In this document: positions 1 to 10,951 of the stretch, one piece after another | Numbering within the stretch: position 1 is the first letter of the stretch | How the letters are laid out: every line of letters begins with the position of its first letter | Assembly (NCBI GenBank): GCA_947259735.1 | Contig: CAMYNN010000001.1 | Location: 40,409 to 104,408, forward strand | Direction of reading: 5' to 3' | DNA from: Thermodesulfovibrionia bacterium | GTDB lineage: Bacteria > Nitrospirota > Thermodesulfovibrionia > UBA6902 | Length of the DNA stretch: 64,000 nt | Notes under the pieces: generated by a model | What the model was told of the DNA's origin: nothing | Databases searched by the model: none | The model's input: only the letters and a program-made list of their open reading frames with translations | Translations under genes and position numbers: made by a program

Positions 1-125
1 TTCTGTCATTGAATGAGATAAAAGGCTATCTGTTGCGATTTAGTGAGATCGTAGAAAACCTGGGTATATGTGACAGGAACTCCCTTGAAATGAAACGTTA
101 GCAGCGCCCCGGAATGCTGTCCTTC

Positions 126-156
126 TTGGATTTAAGTTCTCGCAAACTGTTATAAT
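126..156 (+). promoter_or_regulatory. Possible sigma-70 promoter upstream of the first ORF: TTGGAT, then a 19-nt spacer, then TATAAT. The spacer is long, so this is weak.
   Basis: Hexamers read directly; TATAAT lies about 33 nt upstream of the ATG at 189. Confidence 0.25.
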
Positions 157-188
157 GAGCATTCAATTTTTTTAATCAAGGAGCCACT

Positions 189-977
189 ATGAGCAAAATG
201 GATGTAGTAGTACCGACAAAGCTGACCCTGGAATCAAAATTTAAATTTCGATGCCACAAAGGAATAAAGTGCTTTACCCATTGTTGCAGAAATATCGAAA
301 TCCTTTTGACTCCCTATGACATTGTGAGGTTAAAAAACAGATTGGGAATGTCTTCCGAAGTTTTTCTTGATACCTATACGCATATGAAAATCGATGAAAA
401 ATCCTCCCATCCCCATGCCATACTCAAAATGACCGACGATAAGGACAAAAAATGTCCCTTTGTGACGGAAGAAGGGTGTACTGTGTATACTGACCGCCCC
501 GCTAACTGCCGTTATTATCCTATCGGGCAGGGGACGTTTAAAAAAGAAGGGGAAGACGGGCCGGTGGAAGAGGAGTTTTATTTTTTCATTAAAGAGGATC
601 ATTGTTACGGATATCATGAGAAGAAGGAATGGACAATTGAATCATGGCGGAAAGACCAGGAAGTCGATTACTATGACAGCGTGAACAGGGAGTGGAAAGC
701 GCTTCAGTTGCGGAAGAACCTCCCCGGACATGCAGAACTTAGTGAAAGTAAACAGTTTCAGTTTTATATGGCCAGCTACGATCTCGACAGGTTCAGAAGG
801 TATATATTTGAGAGTGATTTTTTGAATGTTTTTGATATAGATGATGAGACGATAGAAAAAATCAGGGACGATGAAGTTGAGTTGATCCAGTTCGGAGTCA
901 AATATATAAAATACGTGATGATGCTCGAAGAAACTCTGAAACTGAAAGAGGGCGCTAAAAAGAACAAGAAGAAGTAA
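189..977 (+). CDS. Cys-rich protein with a C-x5-C-x3-CC cluster near the N-terminus. Possibly a YkgJ/UPF0153-type Fe-S or zinc-binding domain protein.
   Basis: N-terminal motif CHKGIKCFTHCC in a 262-aa ORF. An AAGGAG RBS precedes the ATG. The family call is tentative. Confidence 0.45.
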   Translation: MSKMDVVVPTKLTLESKFKFRCHKGIKCFTHCCRNIEILLTPYDIVRLKNRLGMSSEVFLDTYTHMKIDEKSSHPHAILKMTDDKDKKCPFVTEEGCTVYTDRPANCRYYPIGQGTFKKEGEDGPVEEEFYFFIKEDHCYGYHEKKEWTIESWRKDQEVDYYDSVNREWKALQLRKNLPGHAELSESKQFQFYMASYDLDRFRRYIFESDFLNVFDIDDETIEKIRDDEVELIQFGVKYIKYVMMLEETLKLKEGAKKNKKK

Positions 978-1043
978 ACCCTGTTTCGATGTAACATGTC
1001 ATTTCTTTTTTAAAAAAATATATAAATTCAAGGAGGTCTAAAT

Positions 1044-1844
1044 ATGGACTGGGGAATGAAAAACCGTATGGCACACGTAACGAAACCGGATGGGAAGTGT
1101 TTCTTTCTACCCATTGATCATGGATATTTTCTCGGGCCCACGAGCTGTCTTGAGAAGCCGGGAGATACTATCAAACCCATACTGTCATATGCGGACGCGC
1201 TTTTTGTAACGAGGGGGGTATTGCGTAATTCGATTGACCCATTAAAGAGCAAGCCCATAATCCTGAGGGTATCGGGCGGGAGCAGCGTGATTGGTGAGGA
1301 TCTTGCGAATGAAGAAATTACAACATCCGTTGAAGAAGCTCTTCGATTGAATGCAATGGCGGTTGGCATGTCAATATTCGTTGGAAGTAAATATGAGAAG
1401 CAGACGATTACAAACCTTGGAAAACTTGTGAACGAATGTGAGAGATATGGCATACCTGTGATGGCGGTTACCGCGGTCGGAAAGGAGCTTGCAAAACGTG
1501 ATGCACGGTACCTTTCCCTGTGTTCGAGAATTGCCGCCGAGCTGGGTGCCCGCGTTGTGAAAACATACTGGTGTGAGGATTTTGATAAGGTTACAAATGC
1601 CTGCCCGGTGCCTATAGTCATAGCTGGAGGGCCGAAATGCAAGACCGAGCTTGAAGTTTTCAAGTTTGTCCATGATGGTTTGCAGAAAGGCGCCATAGGT
1701 GTGAATCTTGGAAGGAATGTATGGCAGCACAAATTCCCTGTCGCAATGATGAAGGCGCTTCATGCTGTTATTCATAAGAAAGCGAGTCCGAAAGAGGCGG
1801 ATGAAATCTTCAAGGATATGAAGAATAAATCGAAAAGCAGGTAA
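1044..1844 (+). CDS. Class I (DhnA-type) aldolase, either fructose-bisphosphate aldolase or 2-amino-3,7-dideoxy-D-threo-hept-6-ulosonate synthase.
   Basis: Strong AAGGAGG RBS. The sequence (LPIDHG...VKT...AGGPK...GRNVWQ) aligns to the archaeal-type class I aldolase family. Confidence 0.75.
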   Translation: MDWGMKNRMAHVTKPDGKCFFLPIDHGYFLGPTSCLEKPGDTIKPILSYADALFVTRGVLRNSIDPLKSKPIILRVSGGSSVIGEDLANEEITTSVEEALRLNAMAVGMSIFVGSKYEKQTITNLGKLVNECERYGIPVMAVTAVGKELAKRDARYLSLCSRIAAELGARVVKTYWCEDFDKVTNACPVPIVIAGGPKCKTELEVFKFVHDGLQKGAIGVNLGRNVWQHKFPVAMMKALHAVIHKKASPKEADEIFKDMKNKSKSR

Positions 1845-1948
1845 TTGTACAGATCCTTCCCGAGCAGGGGGAGAGATAACTGTTTCTGACGCAATCGGCG
1901 CAAGAGCACGGCTATTTATCAGAGGTATCAGTCGCAGTAAGGGGCGTT

Positions 1949-2989
1949 ATGAATGTTTTGATGTATTACAGTAACAGTGACGTCAGGGTTGAAGAACTTC
2001 CTGTACCGAAGATAGGTGCAGGAGAGTTGCTTATCAAGGTTCATGCGAGCGGCATATGTGGAAGTGATGTGATGGAGTGGTATCGCATCAAAAAAGCCCC
2101 CCGTGTTCTCGGCCATGAAATTACCGGAGAAATTGTTGAAACAGGTGAGGGGGTGGAGAAGTTCAAAAAAGGAGACAGGGTATTTGTATCCCATCATGTC
2201 CCCTGCAACACATGTTTCTATTGTCTCAATGGATATCACACTGCCTGTGAGACATTGCACAGTACCAATTATGACCCCGGGGGGTTTGCCGAATATATTC
2301 GCATTCCCGAAATAAATGTTCGGAGCGGTGTATACATTCTTCCTGACACCATGTCATATGATGAGGGTACCTTTATTGAACCTCTTGCCTGTGTCGTTCG
2401 CGGGCAGAGATTGTCAGGGCTGAAACCGGGAAACTCGGTTCTGGTTCTTGGCAGTGGAATATCAGGGCTGATTCACATAAACCTGGCAAGGGCCCTTGGA
2501 GCAGGCCGGATTATTGCCACTGATATAACCGGATACCGACTGGATGCGGCACAGCGTTTCGGAGCTGATGCTGTGATAAATGCCGGGGAGGACGTCAGGG
2601 CGAGATTGCTGGAAGTGAACGATAACAGGCTGGCTGACCTCGTTATTGTCTGCGCGGGAGCCCTTTCAGCGTCAACTGCCGCACTGAATTGCGTTGAAAG
2701 GGGGGGCACCGTTTTATACTTTGCCGTTCCCGAACCGGAAATAATGGTTCCCGTTCCGATGAATGAGCTGTGGCGGAATGAAATAACCTTAATGACTTCC
2801 TACGGAGCAAGTCCCGTTGATCTCGAAGTAGCCCTGAAGATGATGGAGAATGAACGGGTCCAGTTAAGGGACATGATTACGCACAGACTGCCCTTTAAGG
2901 ACGGTACCCTTGGTTTTCAACTTGTTTCTGAAGCAAAAGAATCAATAAAAGTAATCTTTGAACCCCAGGGAAAATCGGACAAAAAATAA
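1949..2989 (+). CDS. Zinc-dependent medium-chain alcohol/polyol dehydrogenase.
   Basis: GHE...GxxV catalytic zinc motif and a structural-zinc CxxCxxCx7C cluster (CNTCFYCLNGYHTAC). A GxGxxG Rossmann motif (VLGSGISG) is present. Confidence 0.8.
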   Translation: MNVLMYYSNSDVRVEELPVPKIGAGELLIKVHASGICGSDVMEWYRIKKAPRVLGHEITGEIVETGEGVEKFKKGDRVFVSHHVPCNTCFYCLNGYHTACETLHSTNYDPGGFAEYIRIPEINVRSGVYILPDTMSYDEGTFIEPLACVVRGQRLSGLKPGNSVLVLGSGISGLIHINLARALGAGRIIATDITGYRLDAAQRFGADAVINAGEDVRARLLEVNDNRLADLVIVCAGALSASTAALNCVERGGTVLYFAVPEPEIMVPVPMNELWRNEITLMTSYGASPVDLEVALKMMENERVQLRDMITHRLPFKDGTLGFQLVSEAKESIKVIFEPQGKSDKK

Positions 2990-3011
2990 TAAACCTTTTG
3001 GAGGAGAGTAT

Positions 3012-3923
3012 ATGTCATTAGTAGTGGTTGGCTCGGTTGCATTTGATTCTGTTAAAACCCCTTTTGGGGAAGTGGATGAAGTCCTTGGCGGATCGGGGAC
3101 ATATTTCTCGACGGCGGCAAGTTATTTTACCGACGTTTCGCTCGTCGCAGTTGTGGGCACCGATTTTCCTGAAAAGCATCTCACATTCCTGAAGAGCAGA
3201 AAGATTGACATAGAAGGGATTGAAAAGTCGGAAGGGAAAACATTCAGGTGGAAAGGTGAATATGGATATGAATTAAATGAAGCCCGTACACTGGATACAC
3301 AACTTAATGTATTTCAGACGTTTAAGCCGAAACTTCCCGAGACCTACAAAGATAAAAAAGTAGTCTTTCTTGCAAATATAGACCCTGACCTGCAGAGAGA
3401 TGTGTTGAAGCAGGTGAAAAAACCGGACCTCATTGCCTGTGACACCATGAATTTCTGGATAGAAGGGAAAAGAGATTCATTGCTGGAGACCCTGAAACTG
3501 GTTGATATCCTCCTTATCAACGATGGCGAAGCCCGGGAGCTGTCAGGGGAGCCCAATCTGGTCAAGGCTGCCGCAGTTATACATTCATTTGGTCCGAAAA
3601 CGCTGATCATAAAGCGGGGGGAATACGGTGCGCTCATGTTCAGGGACGGAAAAATATTTTCGGCCCCGGCATATCCCCTTGAGTCGGTTTTTGACCCTAC
3701 CGGAGCGGGAGACTGCTTTGCCGGGGGCTTCATGGGATACCTGTCCAGCACAATGAATTTTGAAGAAACAAACATTCGAAAGGCCATAATATTCGGAAGT
3801 GTAATGGCTTCGTTTAATGTTGAAGCCTTCAGTCTTGAAAAGATTAAGAGCCTGGACTACGGGGAAATTGAAAGCCGTTACAAGGAATTTAAGAGACTGA
3901 CCCATTTTGAAGACTTGATCTGA
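3012..3923 (+). CDS. PfkB/ribokinase-family carbohydrate kinase.
   Basis: N-terminal VVGSVAFD and C-terminal DPTGAGDCFAGGF, the PfkB signature. A GGAGGAG RBS precedes the ATG at 3012; the longer upstream extension was rejected. Confidence 0.75.
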   Translation: MSLVVVGSVAFDSVKTPFGEVDEVLGGSGTYFSTAASYFTDVSLVAVVGTDFPEKHLTFLKSRKIDIEGIEKSEGKTFRWKGEYGYELNEARTLDTQLNVFQTFKPKLPETYKDKKVVFLANIDPDLQRDVLKQVKKPDLIACDTMNFWIEGKRDSLLETLKLVDILLINDGEARELSGEPNLVKAAAVIHSFGPKTLIIKRGEYGALMFRDGKIFSAPAYPLESVFDPTGAGDCFAGGFMGYLSSTMNFEETNIRKAIIFGSVMASFNVEAFSLEKIKSLDYGEIESRYKEFKRLTHFEDLI

Positions 3924-4068
3924 ACTTTCACATTTGAAGGATAAATGCCGTGCCGGTGTGTGAAAACGGTGATGCATTATGTATAGCGCTTCGTTAGATC
4001 GTTGAATATTCTTTCGACCTGCGCCCTTGTTTTTTTCAATGTGTCATTATTATTCACCCGGTAATCGG

Positions 4069-4548
4069 CTATTTTTTTCTGTTTTGTATTCGTGAAAACC
4101 CTTTTTCAGAGAGCCTTCGTATGGCAGTTTCACGACTGCAGTAAACGACAACGGTCCTGTCAAAATGAATATCATAGCCTGCCTCGAAGAGGAGGGGGAC
4201 TTCAATGACTATCGTGGCTGTCGTCTCTTTTTTTACAAGCTTTGTAATTTCAGCCTTCATACAATTCAAAACTTCAGGGTGTATTATCATTTCAACAGCT
4301 TTGCGTTTGACTGGGTCGTTAAATATGATGTCGGCTACCCTTTTTTTATCGAGGGCATATTCATTTGATTTCTGCATGATATCATCAGTGCCGAGAACTC
4401 CTGCAATTGATTCGATAATATGATTATTTTCCAGGATACTATGGACAAAACGATCCACATCAAAGGTGGATGCCCCCAGCTCTCTGAATAGATCTAATAC
4501 TGTAGATTTCCCCATTCCAAAATTGCCTGTAAGCCCTATTGTTGGCAT
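4069..4548 (-). CDS. coaE: Dephospho-CoA kinase.
   Basis: MPTIGLTGNFGMGKST P-loop start. The ATG at 4548 has no RBS but a TGnTATAAT extended -10 immediately upstream, so it may be leaderless. Confidence 0.7.
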   Translation of the reverse strand: MPTIGLTGNFGMGKSTVLDLFRELGASTFDVDRFVHSILENNHIIESIAGVLGTDDIMQKSNEYALDKKRVADIIFNDPVKRKAVEMIIHPEVLNCMKAEITKLVKKETTATIVIEVPLLFEAGYDIHFDRTVVVYCSRETAIRRLSEKGFSRIQNRKK

Positions 4549-4554
4549 ACAGGG

Positions 4555-4563
4555 ATTATAACA
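4555..4563 (-). promoter_or_regulatory. Extended -10 (TGtTATAAT) 6 nt upstream of the coaE ATG. A leaderless transcript is a candidate.
   Basis: Read directly on the minus strand. Confidence 0.3.
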
Positions 4564-4745
4564 AACTTTGATCAATACTATTCTTGACTTACGACTATTG
4601 TGCTGATAATATATTCTCTCTTGCTGAAGTGGAATAATTCCTGAAAAGAATGAGCAAAAGAGAGACATCTGGCAAAGCTGGAAAATAAGCTGATATATCT
4701 GGTTTTAACCAAAACTGTCAAAATATAATTTTCATGGAGAAATAA

Positions 4746-5204
4746 ATGAAAGTTGCTATTGGGTGTGACCATGCAGGACTGGAAATGAAAAACGCAATAA
4801 CACCGTTACTTGAAGATCTTGGCATAAAGTGGCAGGATTTTGGTACATGCAGCAGTGAATCCTGTGACTACCCTGAGTACGGCGAAAAGGTATCTGCAGA
4901 AGTATCGGAGGGCCGTATGGATCGAGGCATATTAATATGCGGGACAGGGATCGGGATGTCTATCGTTGCAAACAAGTTCCCCGGTGTACGGGCGGCATTG
5001 TGCAGTGAAGACTATTCTGCAAAAATGAGCAGGATGCACAATGATGCCAATATTCTGGTTCTTCCGGGGAGAATTATCAATAGTGCGACTGCCCAGGATA
5101 TAATCAAAATATGGTTTAAAACTGATTTTGAAGGCGGCCGCCACCAGCGGAGGCTCGACAAAATTACGGCAATTGAATCAAAAATTAACAAACAACAGGT
5201 ATGA
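4746..5204 (+). CDS. rpiB: Ribose-5-phosphate isomerase B.
   Basis: [11 protein letters not shown]...[14 protein letters not shown] motif. Overlaps glyA by 4 nt. Confidence 0.85.
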   Translation: MKVAIGCDHAGLEMKNAITPLLEDLGIKWQDFGTCSSESCDYPEYGEKVSAEVSEGRMDRGILICGTGIGMSIVANKFPGVRAALCSEDYSAKMSRMHNDANILVLPGRIINSATAQDIIKIWFKTDFEGGRHQRRLDKITAIESKINKQQV

Positions 5205-6454
5205 GTATGAAAGCACTGAAGAAATCAGATCCCGAGGTCTACAATGCGATAACCGGAGAGATAAAGCGTGAACAGGACAAGATTGTCCTGATAGCATCAG
5301 AAAACTATGCCAGCACGGCAGTGATGGAAGCTCAGGGATCAGTGCTCACAAATAAGTATGCGGAAGGCTACCCCGGTAAGCGCTACTATGGCGGATGCGA
5401 GAATGCGGATATTGTCGAAAATCTGGCTATAGCGAGGGCAAAAGAGATCTTTGGTGCCGAACACGTAAACGTTCAACCTCATTCAGGTTCCCAGGCAAAT
5501 ATGGCGGTATATTTTGCAATGCTCAAACCGAAAGACAGGGTCCTCGGTTTAAGCCTGAATCATGGCGGGCATCTCTCCCATGGAGTAAAGGTTAATTTCT
5601 CCGGGCAGATCTACAAGGCGTTTTCTTATGGCGTTGAAAGGAAGACGGGCCTGATTGATTATGACAAGGTGCGGAAAATGTCTATAAGGCACAAACCAAA
5701 CCTAATAGTATCAGGGGCGAGCGCCTATTCAAGAATCATTGACTTTCAAGCGTTATCAGAAATTGCAAAAGAAGTGAATGCGTACCTCCTTGCCGATATT
5801 GCCCACATTTCCGGATTAATTGCCACAGGGAATCATCCATCCCCGGTGCCATATGCTGATTTTGTAACCACAACAACGCATAAGACTCTCAGGGGACCGA
5901 GAGGCGGAATGGTTATGTGTAAGGCGGAATATGCAAAAGCAATCGATAAAATTGTATTTCCCGGAATACAGGGCGGGCCGCTGATGCATGTAATTGCAGC
6001 AAAAGCAGTTGCATTGAAAGAAGCCCTGACAGAAGATTTTAAGCGCTATCAGTTGCAAATAGTAAAAAATGCCAGAGAACTGGCGGGTGCCCTTATGGAA
6101 AGAGGTATTACAATATTTTCGGGAGGAACTGATACGCATCTCATGCTCATCGATCTGAGAAAGAAAAAGATTACCGGCCGAGACGCTGAAAACGCTCTTG
6201 ATCGTGCCGGTATAACGGTAAATAAAAATTCAATCCCCCACGATACGATGCCTGCCACGGTAACAAGCGGCATCAGGATCGGAACCCCCATCGTGACGAG
6301 CAGGAGGATGCGGGAACCTGAAATGGTGATTATTGCTGATCTTATTTCCAAAATTCTGGATAATCCCGAAAACGATGGGACCATTAAACAGGTCAGGGAC
6401 AAAGTTAAAACGCTTTGCAAAAAATTTCCTGTTTACGAGGATATTGAAATATAA
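5201..6454 (+). CDS. glyA: Serine hydroxymethyltransferase.
   Basis: LIASENY...[17 protein letters not shown]-lysine region. Confidence 0.95.
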   Translation: MSMKALKKSDPEVYNAITGEIKREQDKIVLIASENYASTAVMEAQGSVLTNKYAEGYPGKRYYGGCENADIVENLAIARAKEIFGAEHVNVQPHSGSQANMAVYFAMLKPKDRVLGLSLNHGGHLSHGVKVNFSGQIYKAFSYGVERKTGLIDYDKVRKMSIRHKPNLIVSGASAYSRIIDFQALSEIAKEVNAYLLADIAHISGLIATGNHPSPVPYADFVTTTTHKTLRGPRGGMVMCKAEYAKAIDKIVFPGIQGGPLMHVIAAKAVALKEALTEDFKRYQLQIVKNARELAGALMERGITIFSGGTDTHLMLIDLRKKKITGRDAENALDRAGITVNKNSIPHDTMPATVTSGIRIGTPIVTSRRMREPEMVIIADLISKILDNPENDGTIKQVRDKVKTLCKKFPVYEDIEI

Positions 6455-6543
6455 ACACAGTCTGTTTTTTCAGAGTACTATCCTCTCACGCACTACTTTT
6501 TAGAGCACTAGTATCAAAAGTCAGATGAAATCCGGAATATAAT

Positions 6544-7008
6544 ATGCGGTGTCCTTTCTGTAATCATATTGAAGACAAGGTAATTGACTCGCGGCAGAGC
6601 AGGGATGGTGATGTTATCCGGCGGCGGCGGGAATGCCTGAAATGTGAAGGCCGGTTTACCAGTTACGAGAGAATTGAAAATATCATGCCTCAGATTATTA
6701 AGAAGGATAATACCAGAGTTCCTTTTGACAGATTAAAAATACTGCAGGGGCTCGAAAAAGCATGTGAAAAAAGACCTGTGAGTGTAGAGTCACGGGAAGC
6801 CCTGGTCACGAAAATCGAAAAAAGCCTGCAGGCTGCCGGGGAAAAGGAGATCGCAAGTTCAGTAATTGGTGAACAGATTATGGATGGTCTTCGGGAAATT
6901 GATGAAATAGCATATGTCAGGTTTGCTTCAGTCTACAGACAATTTAAGGACGTCAAAGAATTTATGCAGGAAATTAAAGAAATTGCATATAACAGGAAGA
7001 AGGGATAA
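6544..7008 (+). CDS. nrdR: Transcriptional repressor NrdR.
   Basis: MRCPFCN...CLKC zinc ribbon followed by an ATP-cone domain. Confidence 0.9.
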   Translation: MRCPFCNHIEDKVIDSRQSRDGDVIRRRRECLKCEGRFTSYERIENIMPQIIKKDNTRVPFDRLKILQGLEKACEKRPVSVESREALVTKIEKSLQAAGEKEIASSVIGEQIMDGLREIDEIAYVRFASVYRQFKDVKEFMQEIKEIAYNRKKG

Positions 7009-7134
7009 CCTTTTTTCTGTTCTTTCCAGAGCTGTCTGCTCCTTTCATTATTCCATCATTTTTCCAGTCGGTTAAGATTTCTTCCTGTTTTTCCGATTAA
7101 ACCATTATATGCACTGCGTATAAGGCATGTTACC

Positions 7135-7163
7135 TTGACAATAGAAGATGGAAACGATATATT
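7135..7163 (+). promoter_or_regulatory. Sigma-70 promoter: TTGACA, 17-nt spacer, TATATT, upstream of clpC.
   Basis: Exact consensus -35, a 17-nt spacer and a good -10. An AGGAG RBS then the ATG at 7181. Confidence 0.5.
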
Positions 7164-7180
7164 AAATTTAGGAGCTAGAT

Positions 7181-9616
7181 ATGTTTGAGAAGTTTACCGA
7201 AAGAGGAAGAAAAGTAATTATTTATGCCCGTGAAGAAGCTGAAAAGCGGCAAAATGACTATCTTGGCACTGAGCATTTACTCCTTGGATTGTTGAGAGAA
7301 GAAGAGAGTCTTCCCATGGTAATTCTCAAAAAAATGGGTCTCTCCGCAGAAGAACTCCGCATGGAAGTAGAAAGAAATCTGCCCACAGGTTCCAATATTC
7401 TTACGTTTGGTGATATCCCCTTTACTCCCAGAGCGAAAAAGGTCCTTGAACTGGCAGTTGAGGAAGCGCGTCTGCTTGGACACAGCTATATCGGAAGCGA
7501 ACATCTGCTCATTGGCCTGATCAGGGAAGATGCGGGAATAGCAGGAAAGATACTGAGAAGTCTCGGGGCGAATCTGCTCGGGGTCCGGCAGCTTGCCATA
7601 AACCTTTCGATGAGGAAGGCACAGTCGGGAGGAAAAGAAAAAAAGTCACACACTCCTGCACTTGATGAGTTTGGTCGGGATGTTACACAGCTTGCACGTG
7701 AAGGCAAACTCGATCCCGTTGTTGGAAGAGAGCCTGAAATAGAGAGGGTGCTCCAGATCCTGGGAAGAAGAGTAAAAAACAACCCCGTTATTATCGGAGA
7801 ATCCGGCGTCGGCAAGACAGCAATTGTGGAAGGACTTGCACAAAGGATAATTGCAGAAGAAATACCGGAAAACCTTCTTGATAAAAGGATTGTAAGTCTT
7901 GATCTTGGCGCTCTTATAGCCGGAACGAAGTACAGGGGTCAGTTTGAAGAGAGACTGAAACTGGTTATGAAGGAGATTGTTCAGACCGACAATGTAATTT
8001 TGTTTATTGATGAACTTCACACATTGGTAGGAGCAGGGGCAGCGGAAGGCTCAATTGATGCTTCCAATATGCTGAAACCAGCCCTTTCGAGGGGTGAGAT
8101 ACAATGTATCGGTGCTACGACTCCGGATGAATTCAGAAAATACATTGAAAAAGACGGAGCATTTGAGAGACGTTTTCAGTCCATATATCTGCAGCCGCCT
8201 TCATTGGACGAAAGCATCGAGATTCTTGAAGGGCTGAAAACACGGTACGAAGTACATCATAAAGTAAAGGTTAGTCCGGAAGCTCTGAAAGCATGTGTGA
8301 ACCTGTCTGACCGATATATTACAGAGAGATATCTGCCTGACAAAGCCATAGATGTTATGGATGAAACTGGTGCGCGGATTAAGCTGAAACGGTATACCAT
8401 GCCGCCTGAACTTCGTGAACTTGAAAAGGAGTTGAAACGTCTCGGAAAAGAAAAAAATCTCTACGTAAAACTTCATGACTTTGAAAAAGGGGCATCTGTC
8501 AAGAGCGAAGAGGAAAGAGTACGAAAACTGTACGACAATCTCAACAGCAAATGGCGTGAAAATCAGCATAAGGACACACCCCTTCTTCTTGATGATGATG
8601 TAGCGTATACGGTTTCAAAAATTACGGGTATTCCCCTTTCCAAACTTGAGGAAAAAGAGTCGGAAAAGCTGCTTCGCCTGGAAGAAGAGCTTCACAGACG
8701 GATAATTTCTCAGGATGAAGCGGTGAAAGCTATTGCAAAAGCGATCAGAAGATCCCGTGCCGGATTAAAGGCACGCACTAGGCCAATCGGGTCATTTTTC
8801 TTTTTGGGACCGACGGGAGTCGGGAAGACTGAACTCGCAAAGGCATTGACAGAATTTCTTTTCAATGATGATAATGCCCTCATTAAAATCGATATGTCTG
8901 AATACATGGAGCGGTTCAATGTTTCAAGACTGACAGGTGCACCTCCAGGATATGTTGGATATGAGGAAGGCGGCCAGTTGACTGAAAAAGTGCGCAGAAG
9001 GCCGTACTCTGTTGTTCTCTTTGATGAAATAGAAAAGGCCCATCCTGACGTGTTCAACCTGTTACTGCAGGTCCTTGATGAAGGTGTGATTACCGACAAT
9101 CTTGGAAGAAAAGTTGATTTTAAGAATACCGTAATTATAATGACGTCCAATGTTGGCACAAAGTATATAGAGAATGCCACTCCCCTTGGTTTTCAGCAGC
9201 CTTCTACAAAAAATACGTACGGAAAAATCAAGGACGCTGTTCTCAGTGAATTGAAAAACAAGTTTAATCCTGAATTTTTAAATCGAATTGATGAAATTGT
9301 TGTTTTTCATCAGCTTGAAAAAGAACATCTTGTCAGTATAGTAAATCTGCTGGTGGATGAGCTGAACAAGCAGCTCCTTGATCAGGACCTTGCGATTGAA
9401 CTCTCCGAGGAAGTGATCGAATGGTTAATTGACAAAAATTACCAGCCTTCATACGGTGCCAGGCCTATGAGGCGGGCTATTCAAAGATATGTCGAAGACC
9501 CCCTGTCAGAAGAAATTCTGAAGGGCAAGTTTAAAGATGTAAAAAAAGTAAATGTCGTTCTTAAAGATAACGAAGCCGCCTTTATTGAAAGTGAAATTGA
9601 AGCGCTTGTCAATTAA
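7181..9616 (+). CDS. clpC: Clp ATPase of the ClpC type, with two Clp_N repeats and two AAA+ modules.
   Basis: N-terminal Clp_N repeats ([10 protein letters not shown] / [10 protein letters not shown]). Two Walker A motifs ([16 protein letters not shown]). Length 811 aa. Confidence 0.85.
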   Translation: MFEKFTERGRKVIIYAREEAEKRQNDYLGTEHLLLGLLREEESLPMVILKKMGLSAEELRMEVERNLPTGSNILTFGDIPFTPRAKKVLELAVEEARLLGHSYIGSEHLLIGLIREDAGIAGKILRSLGANLLGVRQLAINLSMRKAQSGGKEKKSHTPALDEFGRDVTQLAREGKLDPVVGREPEIERVLQILGRRVKNNPVIIGESGVGKTAIVEGLAQRIIAEEIPENLLDKRIVSLDLGALIAGTKYRGQFEERLKLVMKEIVQTDNVILFIDELHTLVGAGAAEGSIDASNMLKPALSRGEIQCIGATTPDEFRKYIEKDGAFERRFQSIYLQPPSLDESIEILEGLKTRYEVHHKVKVSPEALKACVNLSDRYITERYLPDKAIDVMDETGARIKLKRYTMPPELRELEKELKRLGKEKNLYVKLHDFEKGASVKSEEERVRKLYDNLNSKWRENQHKDTPLLLDDDVAYTVSKITGIPLSKLEEKESEKLLRLEEELHRRIISQDEAVKAIAKAIRRSRAGLKARTRPIGSFFFLGPTGVGKTELAKALTEFLFNDDNALIKIDMSEYMERFNVSRLTGAPPGYVGYEEGGQLTEKVRRRPYSVVLFDEIEKAHPDVFNLLLQVLDEGVITDNLGRKVDFKNTVIIMTSNVGTKYIENATPLGFQQPSTKNTYGKIKDAVLSELKNKFNPEFLNRIDEIVVFHQLEKEHLVSIVNLLVDELNKQLLDQDLAIELSEEVIEWLIDKNYQPSYGARPMRRAIQRYVEDPLSEEILKGKFKDVKKVNVVLKDNEAAFIESEIEALVN

Positions 9617-9693
9617 GCATACCGCTGGGAACTGATGTATTCTGAAAATCCCATCCTTTCTACCAGGTGAATCTAATAATTAAACGCCCATGT

Positions 9694-9722
9694 TTGACTT
9701 TATTTGTCATGTATTATATATT
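9694..9722 (+). promoter_or_regulatory. Sigma-70 promoter: TTGACT, 17-nt spacer, TATATT, upstream of yicC.
   Basis: Hexamers and spacing read directly. Confidence 0.45.
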
Positions 9723-9782
9723 GATATGTTCTGCTATTAATTTAATACTATTAAGAGCTTACGCTAAATATTTTAGGTTTAT

Positions 9783-10637
9783 ATGATTATGCCACAGTCG
9801 ATGACAGGGTATGGAAGAGGGCAGACTGATAGCTTTAAGGTCGAAATTCGGTCTTCTAACCACAAGAATATCGATATTAGCGTCAATTTACCCTATTATC
9901 TATTTTCCCATGAACCTGAAATTAAAAAAATAGTAAAAAATAAATTCAATCGCGGCCGCATAGAAATATTCATCCCGAAGCAGGAAATAGGCACTGTGAA
10001 ACTGAAAGTCAACAAATCGCTTGCAAGGGAATACTTTAACGCACTTACTTCATTAAAAGAGGAATTATCTATTTCCGACAACGTAGGTATTGAAATGGTG
10101 GCATCACAAAGAGACATTTTTTTGCTCGATGAACAGGAAATTGATAGTAACGGACTTTATAGCGCACTCGAGGCGGCCCTGGAAGAGTTAAGCAAAAGCA
10201 GGTCTCAGGAGGGCTCAAATCTCGTGCAGGACATCAATGAAAGAGTCAGGCTCGTTCAGGATGGAATTGCTGCTATTGAACAGAAAAGAGAGGAGTTTGC
10301 GAACTCCGCAAAAGAAAAACTTATGGAGCGGCTCAGGGAATTTCTCGGCGAGATAGAGCTTGATGAAATACGTCTGATTCAGGAAGCTGCTGTCATGATT
10401 GAAAGGTCTGACATTACAGAGGAGATTGTCAGGATTCACAGTCACCTGAAGCATTTTGAAGAGGTGCTGAAATCAGATGATTCTATAGGGAAGAAAATGG
10501 ACTTTATCCTTCAGGAGCTGCGCAGAGAGATAAATACCATAGGTTCAAAAGCGCAGAATTATGGAATTTCCAATAAAGTTGTTGATGTGAAACATGAGCT
10601 GGAAAAAATAAGGGAACAGGTACAGAACCTTCAGTGA
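9783..10637 (+). CDS. yicC: YicC/YloC-family protein.
   Basis: N-terminal SMTGYGRG motif and the conserved C-terminal DxxEExxRxxxH region. Sits at the head of the yicC-remA-gmk-rpoZ-coaBC synteny. Confidence 0.85.
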   Translation: MIMPQSMTGYGRGQTDSFKVEIRSSNHKNIDISVNLPYYLFSHEPEIKKIVKNKFNRGRIEIFIPKQEIGTVKLKVNKSLAREYFNALTSLKEELSISDNVGIEMVASQRDIFLLDEQEIDSNGLYSALEAALEELSKSRSQEGSNLVQDINERVRLVQDGIAAIEQKREEFANSAKEKLMERLREFLGEIELDEIRLIQEAAVMIERSDITEEIVRIHSHLKHFEEVLKSDDSIGKKMDFILQELRREINTIGSKAQNYGISNKVVDVKHELEKIREQVQNLQ

Positions 10638-10672
10638 ACCATGATCACTGTTAATAGTGTGAGGTCTGTGGA

Positions 10673-10930
10673 ATGAAAAAATCAGGCAAAGGACTGGTGC
10701 TCATAAACATTGGATTTGGCAATGTAGTTTCATCATCTCGCGTGGTAGCTGTTGTTGCGCCCGGCTCATCACCGATTAAGAGATTGCGGGAAGATGCCGG
10801 AGAGCGGGCCAAGCTCATTGACGCGACACAGGGCCGTAAAACGAGAGCAATAATTATTACAGACAGTGACCATGTCATTTTATCGGCGCTCCAGGTTGAG
10901 ACTATTACACAACGGTTTTCATCGGAATAG
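10673..10930 (+). CDS. remA: DUF370/RemA-family regulatory protein.
   Basis: [29 protein letters not shown]...[23 protein letters not shown], close to Bacillus RemA. Confidence 0.85.
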   Translation: MKKSGKGLVLINIGFGNVVSSSRVVAVVAPGSSPIKRLREDAGERAKLIDATQGRKTRAIIITDSDHVILSALQVETITQRFSSE

Positions 10931-10951
10931 TAAAGTAAGGAATGCAGTATC

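Noticed and set aside
1118-1775. Antisense ORFs of 204 and 134 aa inside the aldolase gene. The same pattern recurs as many other 60-150-aa antisense ORFs throughout the track (for example 26096..27105, 36422..36676, 45776..46132, 56808..57590).
   Set aside because: They are fully embedded opposite well-supported genes. They have no RBS and low-complexity, Ser/Pro-rich composition typical of antisense frames.
6455-6543. Possible NrdR box upstream of nrdR.
   Set aside because: Only loose AGTACTA/CACTAGTA similarity and no 16-bp palindrome of the NrdR-box type. NrdR boxes are usually at nrd operons, not at nrdR.
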